From: Candidatus Latescibacterota bacterium | GTDB taxonomy: Bacteria; Latescibacterota; UBA2968; UBA8231 | Assembly (NCBI GenBank): GCA_965200315.1 | Contig: OZ241362.1 | Coordinates: 3,040,001 to 3,104,000 of the forward strand | Reading direction: 5' to 3' | Length of the DNA: 64,000 nt | Part shown: positions 10,803 to 20,942 of the stretch, piece after piece | Position numbering within the stretch: position 1 is the stretch's first letter | How the letters are laid out: each line of letters begins with the position of its first letter | The notes under the pieces: generated by a model | Databases searched by the model: none | The model's input: only the letters and a program-made list of their open reading frames with translations | Told to the model about the DNA's origin: nothing | Program-made: the position numbers and the translations under genes

Positions 10803-10868
10803 GCGGCCCCGCAGCTACCCTTCAAAAGCAAGTACCCGCAGCGGAATGGCGTCGGTTTCGGCGGCCGG
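10803..10868. repeat. Left copy of 66-bp direct repeat (displaced 3' end of cyclase gene; att-like)
   Basis: Identical to 21357-21422; encodes PAAETDAIPLRVLAFEG* on the minus strand. Confidence 0.95.
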
Positions 10869-10934
10869 AAAGCAGATATGGCCCAAATCATTGCATCTAC
10901 TAACAAAGGTTTTTTATGATAAATCCTTATGAGA

Positions 10935-11284
10935 AGCGTAACGCTCTGCGCGTCCACGATCCCCGCCGCGGGCGTCGGCTTGCGGCCTTGCTGGGGGCGT
11001 TCCCGCCGGGTTAGCGCGTCAAGGATGCGTTTCCAAACCCCGGGTTGACGCCACCGATGAAAGTAGCTATATACCGTCTGCCAAGGGCCGAAAGACGCCG
11101 GGAGCCATCGGCCAAGGACCCCCGTTTTAGCCCGATATAAAAGGCCATGGATAACGACCCGCACTTCCCGGGGCGGACGACCCCGCCCCCCGCGACACCA
11201 ACGACACGAAGGAAGCAGGCGAGCAAGCACAGACTATTGCTCATCGGTCAAATCGGTTGCAGATGCCAGACCGGACGTACTCAT
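10935..11284 (-). pseudogene. IS5-family transposase remnant
   Basis: TDLTDEQ*(W to stop), GLLYRAKTG..WLPASFGPWQTVYSYFHRW, PTPAAGIVDAQSV, then truncated. Confidence 0.88.
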
Positions 11285-11382
11285 GTAACCCGCCGTTCAG
11301 GCTTTGTCGTGAAACCTAAAGGTCGCTAATGGGTACGTCCTTTCAACATAAAAACAACTAAAAGGGAATTTTAAAGACGCTT

Positions 11383-13599
11383 TTGAGAATTTCGAGAGAG
11401 AAGTTAAAGGCTGAGGCGGATGCCTTGCGTAAGCGGGCCGAGCCGGTTTGGGCGGCCCTTGAAGACCTTGAAGGCCGCGACCAGTGCCAGCGAGCATTCG
11501 AGAGTTCGCTGTTGCACTTTGAACAACAACGCCTTTGCATCACAGTGATGGGGGAGTTCAATACGGGCAAATCTACCCTCCTCAACACTTTTATCGGAGA
11601 AGAACTGCTTGCGACCGACCAGTTGGAATGTACGGCCGTGCCAACTTGGATTCGGTGGGCAGACAGCGAAAGCTTCGATGAGGATCGACAGGCCACCGTG
11701 ATTTATAAGAATGGCGATTCGGCTGCCATGCCCCGGTCTGAGGTCAGTGTCCATACTACTCTTGATCAGGACTCTTGGGAGGCCACTGAACGGGTCGAAA
11801 TTGTCTTGCAACCTGAAGAAAAACAACCAACGGGCGTTGTGCTCGTCGATACGCCTGGACTCAACGGCAATCCAGAGTTGGAAGCGCGAAGCATTCATCA
11901 GCTTAGCATGTCTCACGTGACCATTGTCGTGGTTCCCGTCGATGGGATTGGGCGGGAGAGCGATGTCGAGTTGATCAAAAAGGCGCGGTCTATTGCGGCC
12001 CGCGTCATAGTCGTCATCAATAAGTGCGATCAATACGCAAAGATAGGGGATGGATTCGAGAAGTATAAAGAAGAACTCCACAGACGAGTTCCTGATCTTC
12101 CCCGCGAGGAGATTTATACGCTCTCTGCCAAACGCGCTTTTGAAGGCAATGTCTACCGCGATGGCGAAGAGGAACTAGAGAACGAATTTTACCGCTTCTG
12201 CAACGAGCTGCGGAAGAATGCAGAGGAAGAGGTCCAGACCTCTGCACTCCGAAAGCGTCCGTTATTACTTTTGCGCGAGATTTGTAAGACAGAGATCGCT
12301 CACATTGAAAAACGTGATGCAGAGTGCGATGCGAGCGTTTTGAAGGAGCGGAAAGCAGCGGAAGCACATCTTAAAGAGGCCACTAAGAATCTAGAACGCT
12401 CGCTAGACAAAATTCTCCGATTGGCGCGAAAGGCTCTGATGGAGGAGTTGAGGCGCCTCCAACACTTTCTGACCGAAGAACAGCCTCGCATTGAACGCGA
12501 GATGGCGAGGTTTGTCGATGATGGATTAGATGATAAGTTGCTAGAGCGAGATGATCTAAGAGTGGCGCAAAAGATGGTGTCTGAACGGCTAAACGAAAGC
12601 ATGCAAAAATCTATTTTTGAGCGGCTCTCTCGGTTGTTGAGAGCGGTGACGAGTCGATTGATCTATGACCTTGAAAACCGGGGGAGGGTCTCTACGTTGG
12701 ATTTGCCAAAGGTGGCTTCTATCAAACTAGACAAGGCCCCGTTAAAAGAGCAAGCCGACAAAGCGAGTGAGGCGCTGAGCCGCCGAGAAGACGAGCTCGA
12801 TAGGCTGAAGCGGGAGGTCGCAAGGTGTGAGCGGGCTGTGCAAAGGCGAAAGGCAAAGGTCGAAACGCTTGAGAGACAGTCTGCTCAGTTAGAGAATTTA
12901 GAGAAGCAACGCAAAAAGGCTGTGAGGGATAGAACGCAACTCGGGCCGAAACCGGCTCCAAAAGTGGAACATTACACTGATTATGTGACGAGGGCCGTGG
13001 AGCGCGGCGGATTAGGATGGATTTTGGACATATTCCATACCAAGACCGAAGTGTTCCCGGTGACGCGGCAACGCAAAGATTATAGCCCCGTTAAAAAATG
13101 GGAACGCGAGTACGAGGCGGCGAATGAGAAGGTTTCCGATTTAGATAAGAAGATTAAGCCTCTCAAAGAGATGCGGACAGAGATGAGAAAGATCGAAGGC
13201 GAGATTCCAAAATTGCGACGAGAGGCTAACAATGCCAAAGCAAACTTGAGACGTGCAGAGGCGCGTCTGGCAGAGGAACGAGAGAGGTATCGTCAGTCGG
13301 GAATGAAAACCCGACAAGCACAGCTTAAGGCAGGTGCCCGAAGGGAGTTGGAAAGTCTCTTTGATTCGCTTCCCGATAGACTTGAACGGGAGGCCGAGCA
13401 AATGCTGGAGGGGATTTCACGAGGTTTCCGTACGCGCTTCAAACAGGCTGCGGACCAGCAGCGCAAGGTGCTCGCAGACAAGATGGCGCGGAAGAAGAAA
13501 GAGGCAGACGAAGCAGATGCAGATGATGAACGAGTGAAGCGCGAAGCTGTTCGTAAAACGCTTGCGGAGGCATTGGAGACTTTTCGCAGCGAAAACTGA
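11383..13599 (+). CDS. Dynamin-like GTPase 1
   Basis: G1 GEFNTGKS, G2 TAVPT, G3 DTPG, G4 NKCD, long coiled-coil stalk. Confidence 0.92.
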   Translation: MRISREKLKAEADALRKRAEPVWAALEDLEGRDQCQRAFESSLLHFEQQRLCITVMGEFNTGKSTLLNTFIGEELLATDQLECTAVPTWIRWADSESFDEDRQATVIYKNGDSAAMPRSEVSVHTTLDQDSWEATERVEIVLQPEEKQPTGVVLVDTPGLNGNPELEARSIHQLSMSHVTIVVVPVDGIGRESDVELIKKARSIAARVIVVINKCDQYAKIGDGFEKYKEELHRRVPDLPREEIYTLSAKRAFEGNVYRDGEEELENEFYRFCNELRKNAEEEVQTSALRKRPLLLLREICKTEIAHIEKRDAECDASVLKERKAAEAHLKEATKNLERSLDKILRLARKALMEELRRLQHFLTEEQPRIEREMARFVDDGLDDKLLERDDLRVAQKMVSERLNESMQKSIFERLSRLLRAVTSRLIYDLENRGRVSTLDLPKVASIKLDKAPLKEQADKASEALSRREDELDRLKREVARCERAVQRRKAKVETLERQSAQLENLEKQRKKAVRDRTQLGPKPAPKVEHYTDYVTRAVERGGLGWILDIFHTKTEVFPVTRQRKDYSPVKKWEREYEAANEKVSDLDKKIKPLKEMRTEMRKIEGEIPKLRREANNAKANLRRAEARLAEERERYRQSGMKTRQAQLKAGARRELESLFDSLPDRLEREAEQMLEGISRGFRTRFKQAADQQRKVLADKMARKKKEADEADADDERVKREAVRKTLAEALETFRSEN

Positions 13600-13618
13600 A
13601 AACTAAGGAGTAAAGAAC

Positions 13619-15979
13619 ATGAGTGTCAAAAATCGGTTTGCGGAGTTGCGCGACGAGGTGGTTGACCTATTGAAGCGATCTGCCAAAGTCATGGAGAATG
13701 TCGTCCCGCACTTGGGCGATGAAAGCGCGAGTAGCCTTCCACAGACTTTCCAAGAACGGGCTAACACCGTTCAGAATGAGGAGTTCGTAGTCGTGGTCGT
13801 CGGCGAGATGAATCGCGGAAAATCCATGCTCCTCAACGCAATGATGCACAAGCAATTACTCACGATGGACGTGCTTGAGTGTACAGCAACAGTCAATTTT
13901 CTTCGGTATCCAAAGACGAAAGAAGGTCAGTCGTCCGACCATGTCGAGGTGCATTTTACCAATGGAAGTCCATCAGAAAAAGTGCCGGTTGATAAACTCG
14001 CAGATTATACCTCGCGGCTCTCTGCCCTCGGCAGCGAAAAAGTGGCGGATTTGGTGAATCATGTAGATGCCTTTGTTAAATCTCCCTTTCTTGAGGACAA
14101 TGTACTGCTCGTAGATACTCCGGGGACGAATACAACTACTCACAACCACATTCGGATTACCAATGATCAGATTGATCGCAGTAATGCGGCCATTTTTCTT
14201 TTTGGTGCAGAAACGCAAGTGACCCAGTCTGATCGGCAGTTTCTCGAGGGTGTAGAAGAGGCTGTCGCCCGCCTATTTTTTGTGGTGAACAAAATTGACA
14301 GTGTTGACGAGAGTCAGATCAGCCGGGTTTTGGAGCGCGTGGAAAGTAGTATTCGGGATGTCGTGGATCAGTCCAAGATGCGCCGAGTCTTTGGCGTGTC
14401 TGGTGCGAAGGCACTGCTTGGGCGTGCTGGGTATGTGAAAACTCCGATTTTGGCAGAGAGTGAGCGGAGCAGGTTGGAGGATCGGCAGTTTCGCGAGACT
14501 TTGATCGAAGAGTCCGGGATCAGTGCCTTTGAGGCTGACCTCGAACGGTATCTTTTTCGTGGCGGCAAGGGTTATGATCTCTTACATAGCCCGCTCTCGT
14601 TCGTTCAAAGCGAGACCGCTAAGCTCATAGAGAAGTTGCATCGGCAGATTGAGGTTCTCGACGACACTTTTGATCTAGCCGATCTCGAATTGAAAGTAGA
14701 AAAGATGGAACGCGTTGTGGAAGATCGAAAACGCGAAATCGAAGGCATGAAGGGTGAACTTTCTGAGGAGTTTTCGCAGACATTATCGCAGGCAAAAGAT
14801 GCCTTTGAGGAGCGATGCAAGTTGGCTGAAGAAGCTCTCAAGGACGAGATCAATGCCTACGACTCGCATGAAGCGCTTAAAGACAACTGGGGCGCGGGTG
14901 CCCAATTAGCCAATTTACCGGGCAGAAATTTCGCGGCACTCGGAAGGCAGGCGGGGAAGTTGTTGAATGACGCCGTAGGTAGTGTGCTACGCAAGCAGAC
15001 GCGAGAGATTCGGAGGCAGGTTCGGGGCGAGCTGGGAGAGATCGCTTTGGAGCTTCCCGAAGTACCCGACATGGCGTTTCAGGTGCCGGAACCGAAGATC
15101 GATGAAGCTGAAGCAGAGAAAGTCAAAGAACTCGAAAGAGAAATTGAAGACCGTGATCGGCAGTTAGAAAAGTTGGATGAGGCACAGGCAGGATCGAATG
15201 AACGTCGCTACATGGACCTAAAGGAGGAAAAGAAGCGATTGAACGAGGAATATCTCGCAGAACTCCAAAGTCACGGCAGCCGTCCCGCGGTGAGAACTAG
15301 AACGGTTATAGAAGAAAAGGTTGAAGATGTCAGAGGAATTGGAGGGGTCTTCATGTTCCTTTTGAGGGGAAAAAAGCGGGTACAAGTACCAAGAGAAGTT
15401 GATGATGACCGAGCCCAAAAACATTACGACAAAAGCAAAGGGCGCATTGAGGACCAGTACCAAGAGAAGTTAGCTGAACTCAACCGCCGAACAAATGAAG
15501 CAGAGGTAAAGTACGACGCCGAGTTGTCGGAGAGGCGCAAAGCCGAGGTACTGGAAAAACTCAATCGAAATCGGAAACAGGCATTGGAACGGGCAGAAAG
15601 CCAGTATCGGGAAAATGTGGCGAAAGCTCGTCAACGCGCTGTGGAGTCAACCAAAGGACGATTGATTAGCACCTTTCAACGCGCTGTGGAAACTCTAGAA
15701 ACCGCTGTGGAACATTGTGTCGGTCAGACCGAAAAGATGGCCACGGATTTCATTGAGAACGCAATAGCGGAGCTCGATGCCACTTTGAATGGCCACAATC
15801 AGGAGTTGGCAAAGCTCAAATCTTTGAAGGACACAAAAGAAAGCGAGCGGGATACCAAAAAGGAAGGAATTACGGAGGCACTAGAAGAACTGAAGACCTT
15901 GCAAGAGGGGGCGTCGAGCTTAGAGAAAGAGCACGAGGCTTTTGTTGCGGAATCTGGCGAGGAGGTAACAAATGAGTGA
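13619..15979 (+). CDS. Dynamin-like GTPase 2
   Basis: G1 GEMNRGKS, G2 TATVN, G3 DTPG, G4 NKID, SGISAFEADL; RBS AAGGAG. Confidence 0.93.
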   Translation: MSVKNRFAELRDEVVDLLKRSAKVMENVVPHLGDESASSLPQTFQERANTVQNEEFVVVVVGEMNRGKSMLLNAMMHKQLLTMDVLECTATVNFLRYPKTKEGQSSDHVEVHFTNGSPSEKVPVDKLADYTSRLSALGSEKVADLVNHVDAFVKSPFLEDNVLLVDTPGTNTTTHNHIRITNDQIDRSNAAIFLFGAETQVTQSDRQFLEGVEEAVARLFFVVNKIDSVDESQISRVLERVESSIRDVVDQSKMRRVFGVSGAKALLGRAGYVKTPILAESERSRLEDRQFRETLIEESGISAFEADLERYLFRGGKGYDLLHSPLSFVQSETAKLIEKLHRQIEVLDDTFDLADLELKVEKMERVVEDRKREIEGMKGELSEEFSQTLSQAKDAFEERCKLAEEALKDEINAYDSHEALKDNWGAGAQLANLPGRNFAALGRQAGKLLNDAVGSVLRKQTREIRRQVRGELGEIALELPEVPDMAFQVPEPKIDEAEAEKVKELEREIEDRDRQLEKLDEAQAGSNERRYMDLKEEKKRLNEEYLAELQSHGSRPAVRTRTVIEEKVEDVRGIGGVFMFLLRGKKRVQVPREVDDDRAQKHYDKSKGRIEDQYQEKLAELNRRTNEAEVKYDAELSERRKAEVLEKLNRNRKQALERAESQYRENVAKARQRAVESTKGRLISTFQRAVETLETAVEHCVGQTEKMATDFIENAIAELDATLNGHNQELAKLKSLKDTKESERDTKKEGITEALEELKTLQEGASSLEKEHEAFVAESGEEVTNE

Positions 15980-18362
15980 GTCGAGTGCTAGGGAACGCTG
16001 GAGAAAGATCGTCGAGACGCTGGATGCCGCTGGATTGGACCATTTGGCGGCTTATGTTCGCGACGAGTCTAATGCTGCACACGCCGCACCGTTGAGCATC
16101 CCCATCATCGGCGAAACCGGGTCGGGAAAGAGCGCGTTGGTTGCTCGCATTTTTGGGGTAGAGCCAGCGACTTTTCCTATAGACGTTCTCGAATCCACGG
16201 CTCGTCCGGTTGAAGTCAAGTACGCACGAACTAATTATCGCGCTGTGGTGCATGGTGATTCTGAGGAATGGGAAGAGTGTGAAGATGATGCACGTTGGGA
16301 CGCGCTGGTACGGGGACAGGATCCACTCAGTAGCGGTTCGCGTCTTGAAGTCGGGTTGCAGCGCGAAGACTTGGCGACTTGGAATGCCAGCATTGTGGAT
16401 ACGCCCGGAATGAATACCAACACGCCGGAATTGGAGGGACGCGCTTGGGCTGCGGCCGCTACTGCGCCGGTGGTGATATTAGCCATCCCCGCGACGAGCA
16501 CGGGCCGGAGGACTGACATTGACTACTTGGAGAGCTTGGGCGACAACTCGGCGAGTGTTGTAATCGCGCTTACAAAAGCAGATCAGCTACCACAAGATTC
16601 GGTAGATCGAGTTATCGACGATTTTCGCAATCGCCTCGCCGAGCGCGGTATCTCGCCGCTTGAGATATTGCCGACATCGAGTACCGAGGGAAAAGGTATT
16701 GAAAAGCTGCGGCAGGTTTTGACCGAGGTAACGGGAATGCGCCGCGATCAATTGATCGCGCACCATGTTGGTGGTCGCGTGGTTGCGAAGATTCAGAGTG
16801 AATTGTCGGCTCTCCGCCTCAAGCAGACGGCTCTCGAATCGGAGGCATTGACCATAAGGGAACGAGGCGAGATCGAAGAGCGCGATATTGACGAGGAAAG
16901 GGCCGACCAAGAGGCTGATCTTACAAACACCACCAACACATTGAAAGATCGCTGTAAGCGGCTGCGTCTCGAAGCGTTCAATCGCATGCACGAAATTGGT
17001 AAGGCGGTTCTCCAAACCATTTCCGAGGAGATCGCCCCATTACAAACCCGGGACCAAGTTCAGCATTTTGCCGATAGCTCTGTTCGCCGGTGCGTTTTAC
17101 AGTGGCGGGAAAAGTGTATTGCCGTGGCTGAAGGTCGCTTGGAGGAGCTCGACCAAGCAGGTGTCCAAACGGCCAAGGAGATGGCATCTCAACACTTTGA
17201 TCAGATCGGCCTGGCAACGGATTGGCTACAAGAACTGCCGGAAGGAACGGTGTCCCCTGCTTGGGACTCGGCAAGTGTCGATGATTTGCAGAATTTTCGA
17301 GCGGAGTTGGAGGGCGAAATTGAGGAATTGAAGAAACAGAAACACGCGCCAGCCGAGGAGTTGGAAGATATCCAACAGGCACTATCTGTTACACAAACGG
17401 AGCGCGACAAACTCGTATATGTGCCGCAGATGGATAAGGTTCGCCTCGACCAAGGAGCAGGAGAATTTCGAGAGGGTGGGCGTATATTGGGGAAGATCGC
17501 AGATGTGGCTTTGACTTTATCACCTATTCCCACAGGAGGAAAGGTCGGTGTGTTTTTGAAAAATCTGCCAAAGGGGGGGCAGATCATTAGTGGGATCAAG
17601 AAATACAATGGCCTCATTGCCGCACGCGACAAACGGTTGCTAAACGCTGTGTCCAGTACTACACATCTGTCCAAGCCTTTGCAGACAAAACTGCCGGCTA
17701 CGCCCGGTAGAAGGATGACAACAGATGTAGCCCGAGGGTGGCTGATGAAAGCTATCGATAACTTGTCCCTTGAAACTTGGGGCGAACGCTTGGGCGGAGC
17801 AGTAGGCAATTGGATTAGTCCCGACAAAGTAGTAGAGATCGAGAATGAAGAGGTGCGTCAAGAGTTTCTCAAGCGAACGAAGCCCTTTGAGGATGAGATA
17901 CACAAGCTCAGGTATGAACAAACGAAAATCAAGTCGAGGCAGAATGAGATTGACCGGAAGCTAGAAGAAAAAATCGTCGAATTAGAGCGCAGAAAGCAGC
18001 TCGAAAAAGAGAGCGAGGAGTTGACGACACGCCAGCAGCGTTTAGAGGCAGAGGAACAGGCCACCAAGGCCAAGACAGCCTTGATGGCGCAACTGACTCG
18101 TCAATTTCTCGCTCACGATGGGGATTCGCTCTGTGCGGATATCCGCAAGGCCGTGGGCGCGGGTTTTGCTTCCGCCGATGAAGCACTTGAGAATCACCTG
18201 CGGGAGCGCGTGAGTGCTATCAAGTCCGAGGTTCAGGCCGCGTTGAAGGAAGCGCGAGCCAAACACGCTGAGGGAGAAGCGGCGGTCAAAAAAGCACTTG
18301 AAGAGAACCAGAAGATGCGTTCGGCCCTTGAGTCTGCATTATCACAACAGGAGACATTATGA
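15972..18362 (+). CDS. Dynamin-like GTPase 3
   Basis: G1 GETGSGKS, G2 TARPV, G3 DTPG, G4 TKAD; 8-nt overlap with gene 2. Confidence 0.9.
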   Translation: MSESSARERWRKIVETLDAAGLDHLAAYVRDESNAAHAAPLSIPIIGETGSGKSALVARIFGVEPATFPIDVLESTARPVEVKYARTNYRAVVHGDSEEWEECEDDARWDALVRGQDPLSSGSRLEVGLQREDLATWNASIVDTPGMNTNTPELEGRAWAAAATAPVVILAIPATSTGRRTDIDYLESLGDNSASVVIALTKADQLPQDSVDRVIDDFRNRLAERGISPLEILPTSSTEGKGIEKLRQVLTEVTGMRRDQLIAHHVGGRVVAKIQSELSALRLKQTALESEALTIRERGEIEERDIDEERADQEADLTNTTNTLKDRCKRLRLEAFNRMHEIGKAVLQTISEEIAPLQTRDQVQHFADSSVRRCVLQWREKCIAVAEGRLEELDQAGVQTAKEMASQHFDQIGLATDWLQELPEGTVSPAWDSASVDDLQNFRAELEGEIEELKKQKHAPAEELEDIQQALSVTQTERDKLVYVPQMDKVRLDQGAGEFREGGRILGKIADVALTLSPIPTGGKVGVFLKNLPKGGQIISGIKKYNGLIAARDKRLLNAVSSTTHLSKPLQTKLPATPGRRMTTDVARGWLMKAIDNLSLETWGERLGGAVGNWISPDKVVEIENEEVRQEFLKRTKPFEDEIHKLRYEQTKIKSRQNEIDRKLEEKIVELERRKQLEKESEELTTRQQRLEAEEQATKAKTALMAQLTRQFLAHDGDSLCADIRKAVGAGFASADEALENHLRERVSAIKSEVQAALKEARAKHAEGEAAVKKALEENQKMRSALESALSQQETL

Positions 18363-19309
18363 GTCAGGGCATAGTCGCTCTCTGGGAACGGGTTCTCGAA
18401 AGAGACCGGGCTTTGAAGAAAACCTTGTCCGACGCCAGTGTAGTCGAGTCGAGCGACGATCCACTTGACGATTTTGATACTAGTATCCCTGATGATGGGT
18501 CTGAACCAGAGACTGATGATCCATTCGCTGATCTTGATCTCGACATTGAGTTTGACGACGATGAGTCTGAGCCAGATGGGTCTGAACCAGATGGGTCTGA
18601 ACCAGAGACTGATGATCCATTCGCTGATCTTGATCTCGACATTGAGTTTGACGACGATGAGTCTGAGCCAGATGAAGCAGAGAAGATCGTCGATGTACTC
18701 TTCGAGGAGTCGGCTGATCTCTGGTTGTCTCGGTCTCGTCTCGCGCTGGAACACGCGCTCCTGTCAATGGGACTCACGCGGGATGTTTTCCCCACAAAAC
18801 GCCCGCTACTGATCTTCGGATCACATCGTTCAAGGATCATCGCGCCCGAGTATCACCGCGTGGAGGTCACGCGGGAAGGTTGGCCCTGTCGCCTACAATC
18901 CACCGAACTGCTGACAAGCACTGCTGCTGCAAAAATTCTGGCATCTTCCCATGAGGGCGAGACCGTTGCGGTTGAGGTTTCAAATCCGTTGCTCGCCCGC
19001 GACCGGTGGATTGTCTTGTGGCCAAAGTTGGAAGTGCTTCCCGAAGTGACGGAGCTGCATCAATGGCAGCAGGTGCGCCGGGTCGTGTGGTGCGTCAATC
19101 GGGAGCAAATTGGACCGCAGGATGTCATTGATTGGCTTGCCCGTTGGCAAAACACACCCATTCGCATAGCACTCTTTAGAGTGACATCTTTTCTGCATGG
19201 GGAACAGGATGAGGTAGCACAATCAAAGGTGTTGCCAAGAGTTCGTCGAACACTCAAAAAATTCGATGCGATTAAGAGCCAGCCTTGGACCGTGGTAGGG
19301 CCGCAGTGA
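18359..19309 (+). CDS. Acidic-repeat protein, possible degenerate dynamin G-domain
   Basis: ATGA overlap; D/E-rich repeat followed by an alpha/beta region echoing the dynamin G-domain pattern without G motifs. Confidence 0.7.
   Translation: MSQGIVALWERVLERDRALKKTLSDASVVESSDDPLDDFDTSIPDDGSEPETDDPFADLDLDIEFDDDESEPDGSEPDGSEPETDDPFADLDLDIEFDDDESEPDEAEKIVDVLFEESADLWLSRSRLALEHALLSMGLTRDVFPTKRPLLIFGSHRSRIIAPEYHRVEVTREGWPCRLQSTELLTSTAAAKILASSHEGETVAVEVSNPLLARDRWIVLWPKLEVLPEVTELHQWQQVRRVVWCVNREQIGPQDVIDWLARWQNTPIRIALFRVTSFLHGEQDEVAQSKVLPRVRRTLKKFDAIKSQPWTVVGPQ
18494..18674 (+). repeat. Intragenic duplication, two identical 85-bp copies (18494-18578, 18590-18674)
   Basis: Encodes DGSEPETDDPFADLDLDIEFDDDESEP twice with an extra DGSEP. 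Confidence 0.95.
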
Positions 19310-19929
19310 CGATGTGGGCAAAAAATAATTCCGAATTTCTCGGGTTCCTCACCGGCGTTGACGACCGCGATGCCTTCTCAAAAACCCAGCGTTTCTCTGT
19401 CGTTAGGTCCCCCAATGTAAGTGACACAGCCGAGATAGAAAAGCCGCCAGAGGCTCAAAACGACGTTCTGGCACTGGTGTATGAAATTTTGGGGGTTTTG
19501 AGGAAGGAAGGAACGGGAAAAAGACTATCTGCGAGAGACTTACTGAATGTTCTCCAAGTAGATAGCCTCTTCTCGAAGGCGACTCGGTCGATGGTCAAGG
19601 TCGCCAGGTCTGACTCGCCGTTGCAAGGAGCGGTTCAGGGGCTTGTTACAGAAGCCTATATCGAACGGATCCGAAATGAATTTGTCGGCGAATTGGCGCG
19701 TTCCCTCAAAGTGTTTCGAGAACGCCTCGCAAAAGACCGTGCAAAGGATGATTGGCGGGAGGAGTTGGATCGCGGCGTCGTACTTTACGATGTCTTTCGG
19801 CCGAATCTCTGGGAGCTTTATCAGGAACTTTGGGGCAAATGGCGGGATGATATGGCGCGTATCGACGCCTTGGCTACACACGTACAGCGCATTGACGAGA
19901 CATTAAAGAGAGAGGAGAGAGACTCGTGA
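19306..19929 (+). CDS. Hypothetical helical protein
   Basis: GTGA overlap with upstream stop (or ATG at 19312); overlaps the next start. Confidence 0.7.
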   Translation: MTMWAKNNSEFLGFLTGVDDRDAFSKTQRFSVVRSPNVSDTAEIEKPPEAQNDVLALVYEILGVLRKEGTGKRLSARDLLNVLQVDSLFSKATRSMVKVARSDSPLQGAVQGLVTEAYIERIRNEFVGELARSLKVFRERLAKDRAKDDWREELDRGVVLYDVFRPNLWELYQELWGKWRDDMARIDALATHVQRIDETLKREERDS

Positions 19930-20942
19930 AGAAAACGGTGTTATTTGCATTCGGGGCTGTGTTCCCTTTGGTCGCCTTGGCTGTTTTAACCATCATCATG
20001 CCCTCTCTTGGGACGTGGGTTATCGTGATGGGGGTCTCTGTGATCGCAGGTGTATTTTTAGCACAGGCTAGACAGGAGTTGGGGAAGCTGCTCTTGAGTG
20101 TTCGCGAAGGGCTTGATGCAGGAACTCAGACGACACTAAAGGCATTGAGGGAGGAAAACAAAGAAAACAAAGCTACAAGAAGAGAGGCGAACAAAATTCT
20201 CGCTGAACGATTTGAACGTTTTTTCGAGGAGTACGGACAGCGGGACGCAGACTGGCGCACCAAGACGCTGGCCGAGTGGCAGTCCGTGACGCAGGCGTTG
20301 GCTTCGTCTTTTGAAAAGATGTTAGCGGATACGAGCTCTCGTCTCATAACGCTTGCCGAGCAAGAGCGAGTATTGCAAGAAGAAGCGGCAAAAGATAGGG
20401 CCGAGGCCATGCAGGCCGAAGCGAAACAAGTACGCAGTGAATTTGCCCAGCTCTGCGAGGCGACGAAAGAAGCGGTAGAACAACACGCAGCCGTAATTCA
20501 GGCGACGCAAAAGGTCATTGAGAACGTCGAGAATCATTTCGCCAAACAGCAGGCGAACACACTCACTGAGTGGCAGTCCGTGACGCAGGCGTTGGCTTCG
20601 TCTTTTGAGAAGAACCTCGCAACGCTTGCCGAGCGAGAGCGAGTATTACAAGAAAAAGCGGCGCAAGAGAGAACCGAGGCCATTGATGCTGGATTGGCGC
20701 AAATAAAAGAAATTTTTGCACTGGTTGAAGATGCACTCAACAAACTCAATGCAGAATTTGAAAAGGTGATTGGGGAGCTTCGCGCACTCGTTAAAGAAGA
20801 GACGCAAAGACAGCAGGAGCAGAAACGCGGTGACCGAGATCACCTCGAAAAAATGTTGGAAGTTCAACAAAAGGCCCATGACGAAGCTGCGGAACGCTCT
20901 GGGCAGTTGTGGGGCCGTTTGCTCGATCAACTGAAAAAGTAA
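19926..20942 (+). CDS. Membrane-anchored coiled-coil protein
   Basis: Two N-terminal hydrophobic segments, then coiled coil with duplicated EWQSVTQALASSFEK. Confidence 0.8.
   Translation: MKKTVLFAFGAVFPLVALAVLTIIMPSLGTWVIVMGVSVIAGVFLAQARQELGKLLLSVREGLDAGTQTTLKALREENKENKATRREANKILAERFERFFEEYGQRDADWRTKTLAEWQSVTQALASSFEKMLADTSSRLITLAEQERVLQEEAAKDRAEAMQAEAKQVRSEFAQLCEATKEAVEQHAAVIQATQKVIENVENHFAKQQANTLTEWQSVTQALASSFEKNLATLAERERVLQEKAAQERTEAIDAGLAQIKEIFALVEDALNKLNAEFEKVIGELRALVKEETQRQQEQKRGDRDHLEKMLEVQQKAHDEAAERSGQLWGRLLDQLKK

Noticed and set aside
10619-11230. Functional transposase or integrase for the island
   Set aside because: Early stop codon and truncation after the first catalytic Asp; IS5 elements make short target duplications, not 66 bp.
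18494-18674. Direct repeats as a CRISPR array
   Set aside because: Only two long in-frame coding copies, with no unique spacers and no cas genes.
19926-20942. ZorA-like Zorya component
   Set aside because: No MotA-like three-TM core and no ZorB/OmpA partner.
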